From positions 1 to 56,553 of the IMG/VR virus record IMGVR_UViG_3300022074_000047: a DNA stretch of 56,553 nucleotides, one strand, 5' to 3'. The position numbers and the translations under genes are program-made. This document shows, one piece after another, positions 43,839-53,372 of the stretch; position 1 is the stretch's first letter, and each line of letters opens with the position of its first letter. The notes beneath the pieces were generated by a model. The model made no database searches. It was not told the DNA's origin and saw only the letters and a program-made list of their open reading frames with translations. Origin of the DNA: a virus (Duplodnaviria; Caudoviricetes).

Positions 43839-44459
43839 ATGGGCAACTCAACTTTTTCCGGTCCAGTACGTGCGACCGGAGGTTTCAAAGCAGTAAATAA
43901 AGCAAGTGCTACGGGTGCTTTTACAGAAACAGGTTTTTCTATAAATTCAACTGGACAGCTTATTTCTTTAGGGACCAGAAAAATACAAACATTTGTAGGT
44001 ACTCTAGCCGCAACAGATACAAGTTCAGCGTATGGTGACGGTGATGTTCTAGTTGAATTAGGAACTCTTAACACAGACCATCCTGACGATCTTGTAACAG
44101 CCACTAAGTTTTTTATACATAAGGCTGTTGTGGGTATTACTACTGCCGCAGGTCAAACACTTGTTGGATCACTTCAACTGAGTGCTACCTCTGGCACAGC
44201 TACTAACGCAGCGGTATCTTCTGGCACAGAAATTGTTGGTGCAGGTGTGGCTGCTTTTTCTCCCACACTATCAGCAGCTCTATCTGTTACAGAGGTTGAT
44301 ATAAACTTCAATAATTCTGCCGGTAATTTTCACGTGTTTGAACCAAATGTTACGGCACCGATTGCAAGTAAACATCTGTACGCAGCCGCTACAACAACAC
44401 TTAATGCAGATGCAACTGCGGGAAGATTTACAGTAGAATTAGAATACTCAGTATTCTAG
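43839..44459 (+). CDS. virion structural protein (head fibre/decoration-like)
   Basis: MGNSTFSGPVR start, beta-rich, follows the MCP. Confidence 0.6.
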   Translation: MGNSTFSGPVRATGGFKAVNKASATGAFTETGFSINSTGQLISLGTRKIQTFVGTLAATDTSSAYGDGDVLVELGTLNTDHPDDLVTATKFFIHKAVVGITTAAGQTLVGSLQLSATSGTATNAAVSSGTEIVGAGVAAFSPTLSAALSVTEVDINFNNSAGNFHVFEPNVTAPIASKHLYAAATTTLNADATAGRFTVELEYSVF

Positions 44460-44468
44460 GAGGGTAAC

Positions 44469-44873
44469 ATGGCTGATGCAGTAACCTCACAAACGCTTGT
44501 CGATAACGACAAAACCCTTGTGATGAAGTTTACGAACATTTCAGATGGAACCGGTGAATCTGCGGTAAAAAAGGTCGATGTTAGCGCCTTAAACACTAAC
44601 GGGCATGGTCAAACCTGCACAAATGTCACTATAGATAAGATATGGTGGCAGTGTATTGGCATGAAGGTTAGGATGTTTTTTGATGCTTCATCGGATGCTT
44701 TTATCATAGAGCTAGGCGAAAACCAAAGTGGTCATCACGACTACAGTGAGTTTGGTGGTCTTAAAAACAATGCGGGGTCCGGCGTGACTGGAGACATTGA
44801 TTTTACAACAGTTGGACACTCTAGTGCAGATACGTATACCGTCATCTTGATGATGCGTAAGAATTATGACTAA
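44469..44873 (+). CDS. virion structural protein
   Basis: MADAVTSQT...FTNISDGTGESAVKKVDVS. Confidence 0.6.
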   Translation: MADAVTSQTLVDNDKTLVMKFTNISDGTGESAVKKVDVSALNTNGHGQTCTNVTIDKIWWQCIGMKVRMFFDASSDAFIIELGENQSGHHDYSEFGGLKNNAGSGVTGDIDFTTVGHSSADTYTVILMMRKNYD

Positions 44874-45153
44874 AACTAGGCGAGACAAGCAACCGCCTAA
44901 AACCAAAAAGTATTTCCGCTCCACTAAATCTGGGGCGGGAATGACTAAAGCCGGGGTTGCTAAATTCAGACGCGACAATCCGGGAAGTAAGTTAAAAACG
45001 GCTGTTACAAAGAAGAAGAACCTGACAGCTAAAGATAAAGCAAGGCGTAAGTCATTTTGTGCACGAAGCGCCGGACAGATGAAGAAGTTTCCAAAAGCGG
45101 CTAAAAATCCAAATAGTCGTTTAAGACAGGCAAGGAGAAGATGGCGGTGTTAA
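44866..45153 (+). CDS. small basic protein (DUF6321-like)
   Basis: RRKSFCARS.G...PNSR...ARRRWRC. Confidence 0.7.
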   Translation: MTKTRRDKQPPKTKKYFRSTKSGAGMTKAGVAKFRRDNPGSKLKTAVTKKKNLTAKDKARRKSFCARSAGQMKKFPKAAKNPNSRLRQARRRWRC

Positions 45154-45353
45154 TTAAACAAGCTTTTGTTGGTGGTATTACCACAATGTCTCTAGGCGCA
45201 ATCACATGGATGACTGTGACCCTTATTAATGTAGATAAGGAAATAGCTGTGATGTCTGTCAAGATTGAACAAAACAACGCAATGTTAAAACCTTTATGGG
45301 AAGACTTTATTAAAAGGAGTGCAAAGTATGAACAGGCCGCAATCAAGAAGTAA
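45141..45353 (+). CDS. small membrane/coiled-coil protein
   Basis: 70 aa, SD AAGGAG, N-terminal hydrophobic helix. Confidence 0.55.
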   Translation: MAVLIKQAFVGGITTMSLGAITWMTVTLINVDKEIAVMSVKIEQNNAMLKPLWEDFIKRSAKYEQAAIKK

Positions 45354-45573
45354 GGTAAATCTAGGGCGTGGAGCTTGTCCTGTGGTAAAGATGGCCAAGG
45401 GTGGTGTTGTCAAAATGAAAAAGGGCGGTAAGATTTGTCCCGAAGGTAAAGCATGGGCAAAGCGCACTTTTGATACATACCCAAGCGCTTATGCAAATTT
45501 AGCCGCAAGTAAATATTGCAAAGATCCAAATTATGCTAAGAAATCAAAAGGCGGAAAAAGAAAGGGTCGCTAA
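45328..45573 (+). CDS. small basic protein
   Basis: MAKGG/MKKGG motifs then AKRTFDTYPSAYAN; start moved to ATG 45328. Confidence 0.65.
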   Translation: MNRPQSRSKVNLGRGACPVVKMAKGGVVKMKKGGKICPEGKAWAKRTFDTYPSAYANLAASKYCKDPNYAKKSKGGKRKGR

Positions 45574-45833
45574 TGGGCGAACTTAAAAAATGGCTTAAAC
45601 AAGACTGGGTTCGTATTGGTACGGACGGAAGTATCAAAGGGAAATGTGGTACGTCTAAAGATAAAAAGAATCCAGACAGATGTTTGCCTCGTAGCAAAGC
45701 ACAATCTTTAAGTAAGAAGGAGCGTGCGGCTACTGCCAAGAAAAAGAAAAAAGCAGGGGCAAAAGGCAAGACAGTAGTTAAGAATACAAAACAGGCCGTA
45801 GTGCGTTTGGGTAATGGAGGTTTTGTGAGATAA
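45573..45833 (+). CDS. small basic protein (DUF5872-like)
   Basis: LKKWLKQDW...CG...CLP..KA..LS..ERA. Confidence 0.65.
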   Translation: MGELKKWLKQDWVRIGTDGSIKGKCGTSKDKKNPDRCLPRSKAQSLSKKERAATAKKKKKAGAKGKTVVKNTKQAVVRLGNGGFVR

Positions 45834-46135
45834 TGGGAGCGGGACAAGCATACACTGGAGATGAAAGAAAATACATCAAAGCTATTGATGATTTTACCTC
45901 TAAAAAAATAAGTTATTCACAGTTTTTAGATAGAACAATACCCCTTAAAGATGTAAGCAGGAGAGTTAGAGACACTTTTACTGTGACAGGAAAAAAGTCT
46001 CAAGGGCTGCCTTTAGGATACGATAAGGGTGGTAAAGTTGAAGGAAATGAAGTAAATTTAAAAGGTAAACGTTTTATTGCACGAGGCTGTGGGGCAGTCA
46101 TGTCTGACAGGCGTAAGAAAACTTTGTATACTTAG
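45833..46135 (+). CDS. small basic protein
   Basis: YDKGGKV and C-terminal ARGCGAVMSDRRKKT. Confidence 0.65.
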   Translation: MGAGQAYTGDERKYIKAIDDFTSKKISYSQFLDRTIPLKDVSRRVRDTFTVTGKKSQGLPLGYDKGGKVEGNEVNLKGKRFIARGCGAVMSDRRKKTLYT

Positions 46136-46144
46136 GAGAAACTT

Positions 46145-46396
46145 ATGAGAAAAAAGAAAACATATGCAATGAAAAGAGGCGGAGGTGTAAAGCCTCGTAT
46201 GATGAAAAAGGGTGGTAACGTAAAGCCAAGAATGATGAAGAAGGGCGGAAATGTAAAACCACGTATGATGAAAAAAGGTGGCAACATTAAAATGATGAAA
46301 AATGGTGGTGCTGCTAAAACTATGACGATTGCACAACTACGGGCCGAAGCGAAGAAAAAAGGAATGAAATTAGTTAAGGATACTAAAAAGGCCTAA
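46145..46396 (+). CDS. basic repeat protein
   Basis: PRMMKKGGN(V/I)K x3 plus two variants; SD AGGAG. Confidence 0.7.
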   Translation: MRKKKTYAMKRGGGVKPRMMKKGGNVKPRMMKKGGNVKPRMMKKGGNIKMMKNGGAAKTMTIAQLRAEAKKKGMKLVKDTKKA

Positions 46397-46398
46397 AT

Positions 46399-47076
46399 TT
46401 GCCGTATTTACAGAGTAACATCCCGCATTTTAAATGTTGGGTGCGTCGAGAATATACACACAACCATGAAAAATATCATGGTGAGTTTTTGCACGCGATG
46501 GCTATTGCCGTCACGACAATGCCGAATAGGTGTTTGTCTTTTCAAGTAATATTTACTGGGTGTGAGAATGATGACGATGAGCCTAATGTGCACGGTGGTG
46601 CTATGTGGGCTCGTATGCCTATTACAGCGCTTGTTGGCGATTTTGATTTTGAAGGTTGGCCCGACCCTATGGAGACATATTTAGCACAGCCTTGGGACTG
46701 TGCCTCGCACCATCATGCTGTTTATACGTTAGATAGAGCAACTCCTTGTCCGTGGATGGCAAAGATAGGAGGGGAGTTTTATCCTGCTAAATATCATTTT
46801 ACTGTAGATTATACAGGCAGCGAGATAGCGGATGACCCTGCACAGCATAAACAAAGTCATGTTCTTACCTTATTAGATGCCGGCGACTACACCGGTAATA
46901 TTGTAGCCTTGCCAAACAACCGTGTTCGTGTTACTCATCCCGCATGGTTTGAGACGGGGGAGGGTCCGCCGGACTTTAAACCATCGCAGCATATACATTA
47001 CTCAAAGTCTGATTTAGATTATGTGTTGGACGTAAACCAAATTTTTGATAATATGTATGCAAACAAGGATGAGTAA
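46399..47076 (+). CDS. conserved hypothetical protein (H/C/W-rich)
   Basis: 225 aa, TTG start; HGGAMWARMPI, QPWDC, FTVDY, HKQSH, ALPNNR. Confidence 0.75.
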   Translation: MPYLQSNIPHFKCWVRREYTHNHEKYHGEFLHAMAIAVTTMPNRCLSFQVIFTGCENDDDEPNVHGGAMWARMPITALVGDFDFEGWPDPMETYLAQPWDCASHHHAVYTLDRATPCPWMAKIGGEFYPAKYHFTVDYTGSEIADDPAQHKQSHVLTLLDAGDYTGNIVALPNNRVRVTHPAWFETGEGPPDFKPSQHIHYSKSDLDYVLDVNQIFDNMYANKDE

Positions 47077-47745
47077 ATGGCCGTATCAGATAGCACAGAC
47101 TTCGAACTCGACGTTGCAGAGTACATCGAAGAGGCGTTTGAACGTTGTGGTTTAGAGGTCAGAACGGGTTACGATCTTAAATCTGCCAAGCGTTCTTTGA
47201 ATCTTATGTTAGCCGAGTGGGCCAACCGTGGTCTTAATCAGTGGACCATAACACAGACCACACAGGCGCTTACCTCCGGTACATCTACGTACAACCTGAA
47301 TACGAATGTGATTGATATACTTTCTGTTGTTGTAAGGCGTAGTAGCACAGACTTTGCTATGGAACGCATAAGCCGATCCACATATTTGGGCATACCAACC
47401 AAAAGTACAACAGGACGACCTAATCAATTCTTTTTGGATAGACAGATAACGCCGGTGTTAAAGATTTGGCCGACACCAGAGAATAGCACAGATACTATTA
47501 TATTTGACGCTCTTACACGTATGGACGATGCTGATACTTATATAAATACTATGGATATGCCTTTTCGATTTTTTCCATGTTTAGCAGCGGGACTCGCCTA
47601 TTACATAAGCATGAAGAGAGCGCCAAACAGAACACAGATGTTAAAAGCAGTGTACGAAGAGGAGTTTCAACGCGCGATGACTGAGGACAGAGACAGAGCT
47701 TCGTTTAATGTGGTGCCTCAGTATGAGTATTTTAGGAGTTCCTGA
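47077..47745 (+). CDS. head-tail adaptor (P22 gp4/T7 gp11-like)
   Basis: IEEAFERCG...RSLNL...W.N.G...GRP.Q...GLAYY. Confidence 0.7.
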   Translation: MAVSDSTDFELDVAEYIEEAFERCGLEVRTGYDLKSAKRSLNLMLAEWANRGLNQWTITQTTQALTSGTSTYNLNTNVIDILSVVVRRSSTDFAMERISRSTYLGIPTKSTTGRPNQFFLDRQITPVLKIWPTPENSTDTIIFDALTRMDDADTYINTMDMPFRFFPCLAAGLAYYISMKRAPNRTQMLKAVYEEEFQRAMTEDRDRASFNVVPQYEYFRSS

Positions 47746-48044
47746 TGGCTCGATTTGCACAAGGTAAACACGCTTACGCCATATCAGATAGATCCGGATT
47801 TCGTTATAGATATAAAGATATGCGTAAAGAGTGGAATGGCTCTCTTGTTGGCAAAGATGAGTTTGAGGCAAAACAGCCACAACTTGAGCCTTTTCCGACA
47901 GTGGTTGACTCCCAAGCCTTGAAAGATGCACGCCCCGATAGAAAAGAACCCAGAACCGTTCCGGTAGGGGCAGGGGGCTTTCCTAATAGAGGGGTGGAGA
48001 TTAGGGCATCTGCTCTACTTGGAGAGGTTACGGTAACAACATGA
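47745..48044 (+). CDS. conserved hypothetical protein
   Basis: GKHAYAISDRSGF...EWNG..V...E.KQPQL. Confidence 0.65.
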   Translation: MARFAQGKHAYAISDRSGFRYRYKDMRKEWNGSLVGKDEFEAKQPQLEPFPTVVDSQALKDARPDRKEPRTVPVGAGGFPNRGVEIRASALLGEVTVTT

Positions 48045-48691
48045 GCTTTACTTTTACACAATTAAAATCAGCTATACAGGACTATTCAGAAAACACCGAA
48101 ACAACTTTTGTTAGTAATTTATCTAATTTTATAAAGATAGCCGAAGAGCGTATATTAAAAAACGTACAGCTTAGTGTTTTTAGAAAAAATGCAACAGCCG
48201 CTTTTACGTCTAGTAACCAATTTCTAGCTTGTCCTGATGACTTTTTAACCCCTTTCTCGCTTAGTTTTACAGACAGTAGTAGCAATATAAACTTTTTAGA
48301 TTTCAAGGACGTTAATTTTGTACAAACGTTTACTCCAAACTCTTCTACCACGGGGTCGCCCCGGTTTTATGCTTTGTTCGATACCGATAACTTTATTGTA
48401 GCACCTACGCCTAGTAGCAGCTTTGCCGTAGAGTTGCATTATTACTACAGGCCAAACAGTCTTACTGCCGGTAGTGATTCGGGCACAACGTGGCTAAGTA
48501 CAAATGCGCCAAATGCCTTATTGTATGGTAGTTTATTGGAGGCGTATACGTTTATGAAAGGTGAGCCGGATGTGATGCAAAATTATGCACAAAGGTTTAC
48601 TGAAGCGGTGCAATCGCTTAAACTTTATGGCGAAGCAAAAGAGGTAACAGATTATTACAGAACCGGCATGGTTATGAGGGATAAACAATAA
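48041..48691 (+). CDS. second adaptor-like tail protein
   Basis: FIKIAEERI, TGSPRFYA, APTP, WLSTNAP..LLYGSL.EA. Confidence 0.7.
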   Translation: MSFTFTQLKSAIQDYSENTETTFVSNLSNFIKIAEERILKNVQLSVFRKNATAAFTSSNQFLACPDDFLTPFSLSFTDSSSNINFLDFKDVNFVQTFTPNSSTTGSPRFYALFDTDNFIVAPTPSSSFAVELHYYYRPNSLTAGSDSGTTWLSTNAPNALLYGSLLEAYTFMKGEPDVMQNYAQRFTEAVQSLKLYGEAKEVTDYYRTGMVMRDKQ

Positions 48692-48975
48692 TGTTAATGG
48701 AACTACCAAAAACACCTATTGTTGATATACACACTACAAATAATAGGGGATTTACTCCTGAAGAGGTAGCAACAAGATGTGTAGATAAAATTGTTGAGAT
48801 AGGAGATAATGCCGCCCCTGAAATAAGGGACCAAGCGCGAGCGTTTAAAGAACATCTCCATAAAGTAATTACGCATTATATGAAAGAGGCTATTAAATCG
48901 GATCGAACCACTGTATATAATGCTATTAAAGATGCAGGGCATGAAAAACTTGCAGAATATATAAGGAGAATGTAA
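48691..48975 (+). CDS. conserved hypothetical protein
   Basis: 94 aa, TAATG coupling on both sides. Confidence 0.65.
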   Translation: MLMELPKTPIVDIHTTNNRGFTPEEVATRCVDKIVEIGDNAAPEIRDQARAFKEHLHKVITHYMKEAIKSDRTTVYNAIKDAGHEKLAEYIRRM

Positions 48976-49406
48976 TGGCTATATCGCAAGCAATGTGTAC
49001 GTCTTTTAAAGTTGAGCTTCTTAAAGGAGTACATAATTTTACAAACAGCTCGGGTAATACTTTTAACATAGCATTGTATACTTCAAGTGCCAGTCTTGGG
49101 GCCGATACTACGGCTTATACAACAAGCAATGAAGTGTCGGGTACAAACTATACTGCTAAGGGTGGAGCCTTAACAAACGTTACGCCTACGGCGTCAAGCA
49201 CCACCGCGTTAACAGATTTTACCGACGAAACCTTTAGTAATGTAACCCTTACTGCAAGGGGAGCCTTGATATTTAATGATAGTGCTTCTGGTGATCCGGC
49301 GGTGTGTGTATTAGATTTTGGTTCTGACAAATCAGCGTCGTCAGGAGATTTTACCGTTGTCTTTCCGGCGGCTGACGCGAGTAACGCAATTATAAGGATA
49401 GCGTAA
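48975..49406 (+). CDS. virion structural protein
   Basis: MAISQAMCTSFK.ELL...ARGALI.N...VLDFG.DK. Confidence 0.65.
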   Translation: MAISQAMCTSFKVELLKGVHNFTNSSGNTFNIALYTSSASLGADTTAYTTSNEVSGTNYTAKGGALTNVTPTASSTTALTDFTDETFSNVTLTARGALIFNDSASGDPAVCVLDFGSDKSASSGDFTVVFPAADASNAIIRIA

Positions 49407-50857
49407 TGGCCTTTGTAGTAGCAGATAGAGTTCGTGAAACAACCACAACAACAGGCACAGGCACAATCACCTTAGCAGGAGCTGTTGCTAATTTTGAAAC
49501 GTTTACTGCTAATTTATCTAATTCTGATACAACCTATTATGCTATTGTAGATAGCACCAATAATGCTTTTGAGGTTGGTTTAGGAACATTTACATCCTCT
49601 GGCACGACACTGGCACGCTCCGTCATTGCAAGCTCAAACAGTAATAACTTAGTTGATTTTAGTGCAGGAACCAAAGATGTATTTATTACAGTGCCTGCCA
49701 GTAAGATTGTTGTTGAGGACGGTAGTAACAATGTTGCTATAGGAGGCACAGTAACAGCTACAGCTTTTAGCGGTAGTGGTGCAAGTCTTACAGGTGTTGA
49801 TGTAGTAAACGATACGAGTCCTCAGTTAGGAGGTAATTTAGATTTAAACGGCAACGATATTGTTACCACATCCAATGCAGATTTAGAGTTAGCTCCAAAT
49901 GGAACGGGACACGTTACAGTCAAAGGCAACGATAATCAGGGAGCAATACAGTTTAACTGTGAGAATAACAGTCATGGTCAGATACTAAATGCAGCCCCTC
50001 ATTCAGAGAGTGCATCAAACACTCTAACTTTACCTAGCACAGGGGGTAACGCTCGTTTAGTGTCAACATCCTCAACGGCTACGCTTACAAACAAAACCTT
50101 TGGCGATAACGTAAGTTTTGGTGACAACAATATCACTAATGTGGGCGATATAGCTGTAGACTCTATCAGTCCAGACGGAACGGATATAAACGTAGCCGTA
50201 TCCGACAACTCAGCTACAGCGTTTACAATAAAGCAAGGATCAGATAATTATCTTGTGGTAGATACAGGAAACAGTGGTGAGTCTGTAGCGATAGGTACAG
50301 GTGTATCAGGAACTGCTATATCTATAGGTCATACCACCTCAGAGACAACGGTAAACGATAACCTTACAGTCACAGGTAATCTCACAGTAAGCGGTACAAC
50401 TACAACAGTAGACAGCACAACTATAAATGTTCAGAACACTTTAGTGTTTGAGGGTTCTACTCCTGACGCACACGAGACAACACTTACAACGGTCGATCCT
50501 ACAGCCGATAGAACAATAAGTCTGCCAAACCAGTCAGGTACTTTGCCTGTTCTTGCAGCAGCGAGTGCCACACAGATTACATCTACGCCAGAAGAACTAA
50601 ACTTGCTTGATGGTGTATCAGGATTAGTACAGGCTGATTTCACCAAACTCGCTGCCGTTGATTCTACAGCAGCAGAGTTAAACTTGCTTGATGGTTCAGC
50701 TAAATCCACATCATCTATTACAGTAGCAGACTCAGATGCGATAATAATAATTGATGGCACAACCACAAAGCAGATACCTGCATCGGATATAAAGACATAC
50801 GCATCGGCAGACTCAGCAAGTAAAGGCTTTGCTACAGCGATGGCGATAGCATTGTAA
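49406..50857 (+). CDS. tail fibre protein
   Basis: ADRVRETTTTTGTGT N-terminus, DTSPQLGGNLDLNG, GNLTVSGTTTTV, ELNLLDG, C-terminal AMAIAL. Confidence 0.75.
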   Translation: MAFVVADRVRETTTTTGTGTITLAGAVANFETFTANLSNSDTTYYAIVDSTNNAFEVGLGTFTSSGTTLARSVIASSNSNNLVDFSAGTKDVFITVPASKIVVEDGSNNVAIGGTVTATAFSGSGASLTGVDVVNDTSPQLGGNLDLNGNDIVTTSNADLELAPNGTGHVTVKGNDNQGAIQFNCENNSHGQILNAAPHSESASNTLTLPSTGGNARLVSTSSTATLTNKTFGDNVSFGDNNITNVGDIAVDSISPDGTDINVAVSDNSATAFTIKQGSDNYLVVDTGNSGESVAIGTGVSGTAISIGHTTSETTVNDNLTVTGNLTVSGTTTTVDSTTINVQNTLVFEGSTPDAHETTLTTVDPTADRTISLPNQSGTLPVLAAASATQITSTPEELNLLDGVSGLVQADFTKLAAVDSTAAELNLLDGSAKSTSSITVADSDAIIIIDGTTTKQIPASDIKTYASADSASKGFATAMAIAL

Positions 50858-50867
50858 AGGAGAATAG

Positions 50868-51194
50868 ATGGCACAAGATTTTGAACGAAATACAGCCAAT
50901 GGTGTAGGCACAAGTGCCGTAACTTTACGAACAGCAAACTCCGATGACGCTATAGTTGGGATAATGGTAGCAAACGTAACCTCATCGCAGATTACAGTAG
51001 AGGTATATATAAACGATAGTTCTAACGATATTCATCTAATTAAGGATGCACCCATACCTGCAGGATCAGCACTACAAATATTAGACGGTGGAGCAAAGGT
51101 TGTAATGCAGTCTGGTGATGCACTAAAAGTAAAAAGTAATACGGCAAGCAGTGCAGATGTTTGGGTTTCTGTGGTGGATGCCATTAGCACATAG
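50868..51194 (+). CDS. tail-fibre-associated structural protein
   Basis: 108 aa beta-rich. Confidence 0.6.
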   Translation: MAQDFERNTANGVGTSAVTLRTANSDDAIVGIMVANVTSSQITVEVYINDSSNDIHLIKDAPIPAGSALQILDGGAKVVMQSGDALKVKSNTASSADVWVSVVDAIST

Positions 51195-51202
51195 GAGGAG
51201 TT

Positions 51203-51652
51203 ATGCCATATATTGGTAGTCAAGTTGGTTCTAGTTTTTCATCAAGACCTGCTACGCAGGAGTTTAACGGAGATAACTCTACAACCGTCTTTACGTTAAA
51301 TCAGACTGTTGCTCAAGAGGACATCATAGTAAGCGTTGACGGTGTAATACAGGAGAGTGTAGACGCATTCACAGTGCCGAATGGTACAAGCCTTACGTTT
51401 ACAGAAGCTCCATCAAGTGGCACAGGAAATATCTTTGTTATCTATCTTGGTGCTACGGATACAAGTATCACAATACCAACACAGAACAAAGGCACATTTA
51501 AGAATGGTGGTATGTTTAGAACCAACGCTCAGACACTTGATGTGAATACAACAATAGAAGCTACAGAAAACGCTAATGTCACAGGTCCATTGACAATAGC
51601 AAGTGGCATCACACTGACGATTAACTCAGGAGGAAACGTAGCAATACTATGA
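51203..51652 (+). CDS. tail fibre anchor/adaptor A (MPYIG family)
   Basis: MPYIG start; C-terminal RTNAQT...NA..TGPLT..IL; paralogue of 54547. Confidence 0.65.
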   Translation: MPYIGSQVGSSFSSRPATQEFNGDNSTTVFTLNQTVAQEDIIVSVDGVIQESVDAFTVPNGTSLTFTEAPSSGTGNIFVIYLGATDTSITIPTQNKGTFKNGGMFRTNAQTLDVNTTIEATENANVTGPLTIASGITLTINSGGNVAIL

Positions 51653-52074
51653 GCAATCTTCTAGTACAAAACATAAAACATACGAATAATACTACGGCTA
51701 TCACCGTTGACTCTTCTGCTCAAATGACGGTTAAAAGTGATGGTGGTGCTACAACCACAAGTTTACAGCAAGGACTGACTAAGGCTTGGTCAAATCTTGA
51801 TGGCTCTGGTACTGCTGCAAATAGAGATAGTTTTAATATGTCTGGTGTAACAGATAACGCTGTAGGTAAGTATAGACTTACTTTTTCAAACAACATGAGT
51901 AATAATGACTTTAGTGTTTCTGGCTCTTGTCGTAACAATATAGATGATTTAATAATGTGTGTTGGTAATGACGATGCTATAGCAACATCTCACGTAGAAG
52001 TTACTTCAAACACTACTAGTAACTTTGGAGATAACAATTTAATTAGCAGTTCTATGCATGGAGACTTGGCATAA
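51649..52074 (+). CDS. tail fibre tip paralogue A1
   Basis: TTTSLQQGLTKAW ... HGDLA*. Confidence 0.7.
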   Translation: MSNLLVQNIKHTNNTTAITVDSSAQMTVKSDGGATTTSLQQGLTKAWSNLDGSGTAANRDSFNMSGVTDNAVGKYRLTFSNNMSNNDFSVSGSCRNNIDDLIMCVGNDDAIATSHVEVTSNTTSNFGDNNLISSSMHGDLA

Positions 52075-52490
52075 TGGCAACACTCAAAACAAACACACTC
52101 ACAGGCACAACAACAGCAGGGTCTATTGCCGTCACAGGAGAGGGTAACTCTACAACTACCAACTTACAGCAGGGGTTGTGTAAGGTATGGTGTCATTGGA
52201 ATGGTGCGTCAACACCTTCCATTGATGATTCCTTAAACACAGCGAGTATTACTGATACTGCTACTGGTAGAGCTTCATTAAACTTCTCAAATAATTTTGG
52301 AAATGGTAATTATGTAGGTCATGGTACAACAGGAAATGACGGAACAACAGGAACAGGTAGGTCAGTAATGGTTGATGATACTCCTACTACAAGTGCTTTT
52401 GCTGTTAGAAATGTTCTTAATCAAAGTGATGCTGATACTATACGAGATGACACAAATAATTTGTACACGTTACACGGAGACTTGGCATGA
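52074..52490 (+). CDS. tail fibre tip paralogue A2
   Basis: TTTNLQQGLCKVW ... HGDLA*. Confidence 0.7.
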   Translation: MATLKTNTLTGTTTAGSIAVTGEGNSTTTNLQQGLCKVWCHWNGASTPSIDDSLNTASITDTATGRASLNFSNNFGNGNYVGHGTTGNDGTTGTGRSVMVDDTPTTSAFAVRNVLNQSDADTIRDDTNNLYTLHGDLA

Positions 52491-52906
52491 GTACACTAAG
52501 AACAAATGCCCTAGAGGGAGTAGACGCAAAGAACAGCATCACTATTGTTGCAGGTGCAGGGAATGTTACCACTACGAATGTGCAAGATGGATTAGCTAAA
52601 GTGTTTTCGTCTGTTGCTCATAGCAGTGGCACACCAACTGCACAAGAAACATTAAATATATCCTCATACGGAGATTCAGGAACAGGAAATATTACGCATA
52701 ACTACACAAACAATATGAGTGTTGCAAATCATTGTGTTGCTTCAATGGCTAACTATAGAGAAAGTTCGGCACAAGTTAAAAATATTTGTAGGAATGAAAA
52801 CTCGTCTTTTAGCACTAGCTCTCATGCTACCATTACAGTTGAGCAAGACTTTACGACTAAAGACAGTGAAAACACAAGTTCTGTAGCATTTGGAGAATTA
52901 GCATGA
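52487..52906 (+). CDS. tail fibre tip paralogue A3
   Basis: TTTNVQDGLAKVF ... FGELA*. Confidence 0.7.
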   Translation: MSTLRTNALEGVDAKNSITIVAGAGNVTTTNVQDGLAKVFSSVAHSSGTPTAQETLNISSYGDSGTGNITHNYTNNMSVANHCVASMANYRESSAQVKNICRNENSSFSTSSHATITVEQDFTTKDSENTSSVAFGELA

Positions 52907-53364
52907 AGACACCAGAATTTCAAGGAACACATTTATGGGATAGACTAGGGTGGGCAAAGCAAAACCTAGAGCCATACAGAAGTGAGTATTGCATTGTATG
53001 GGAAGACCCTGACAACCTAGATGAACCTGCAAAGATTACACACCCTGACCCTAATTGGATGGCGTGTGCATTGAATGGTGGCATACTACCACCTGTGTGG
53101 GTCTACTGGGAACTCAAGAAGGACGAAGCAAAGCCTGACTTTGTGAAGCATACACGAGGGTATTTACTCCATAATACAAAGCCAGTAGACTCAATGACAG
53201 AGGAACAGGCAATAGAATACTTGATTATGAAAGACATACCTGAGAAAGTGTGGAAAGATTATGAGCAAGCAAATAGAAAACGTTTGCTTATAGTAAAGAA
53301 GGAGCAGTTACCGTCACATCGAACATGGCGTAACGCTTGGAAAATAGATCAACAAGTGGCATAG
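52903..53364 (+). CDS. tail-fibre assembly-like protein
   Basis: MTEEQAIEYLIMKDIP...LPSHRTWRNAW. Confidence 0.55.
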   Translation: MKTPEFQGTHLWDRLGWAKQNLEPYRSEYCIVWEDPDNLDEPAKITHPDPNWMACALNGGILPPVWVYWELKKDEAKPDFVKHTRGYLLHNTKPVDSMTEEQAIEYLIMKDIPEKVWKDYEQANRKRLLIVKKEQLPSHRTWRNAWKIDQQVA

Positions 53365-53372
53365 GAGATACG

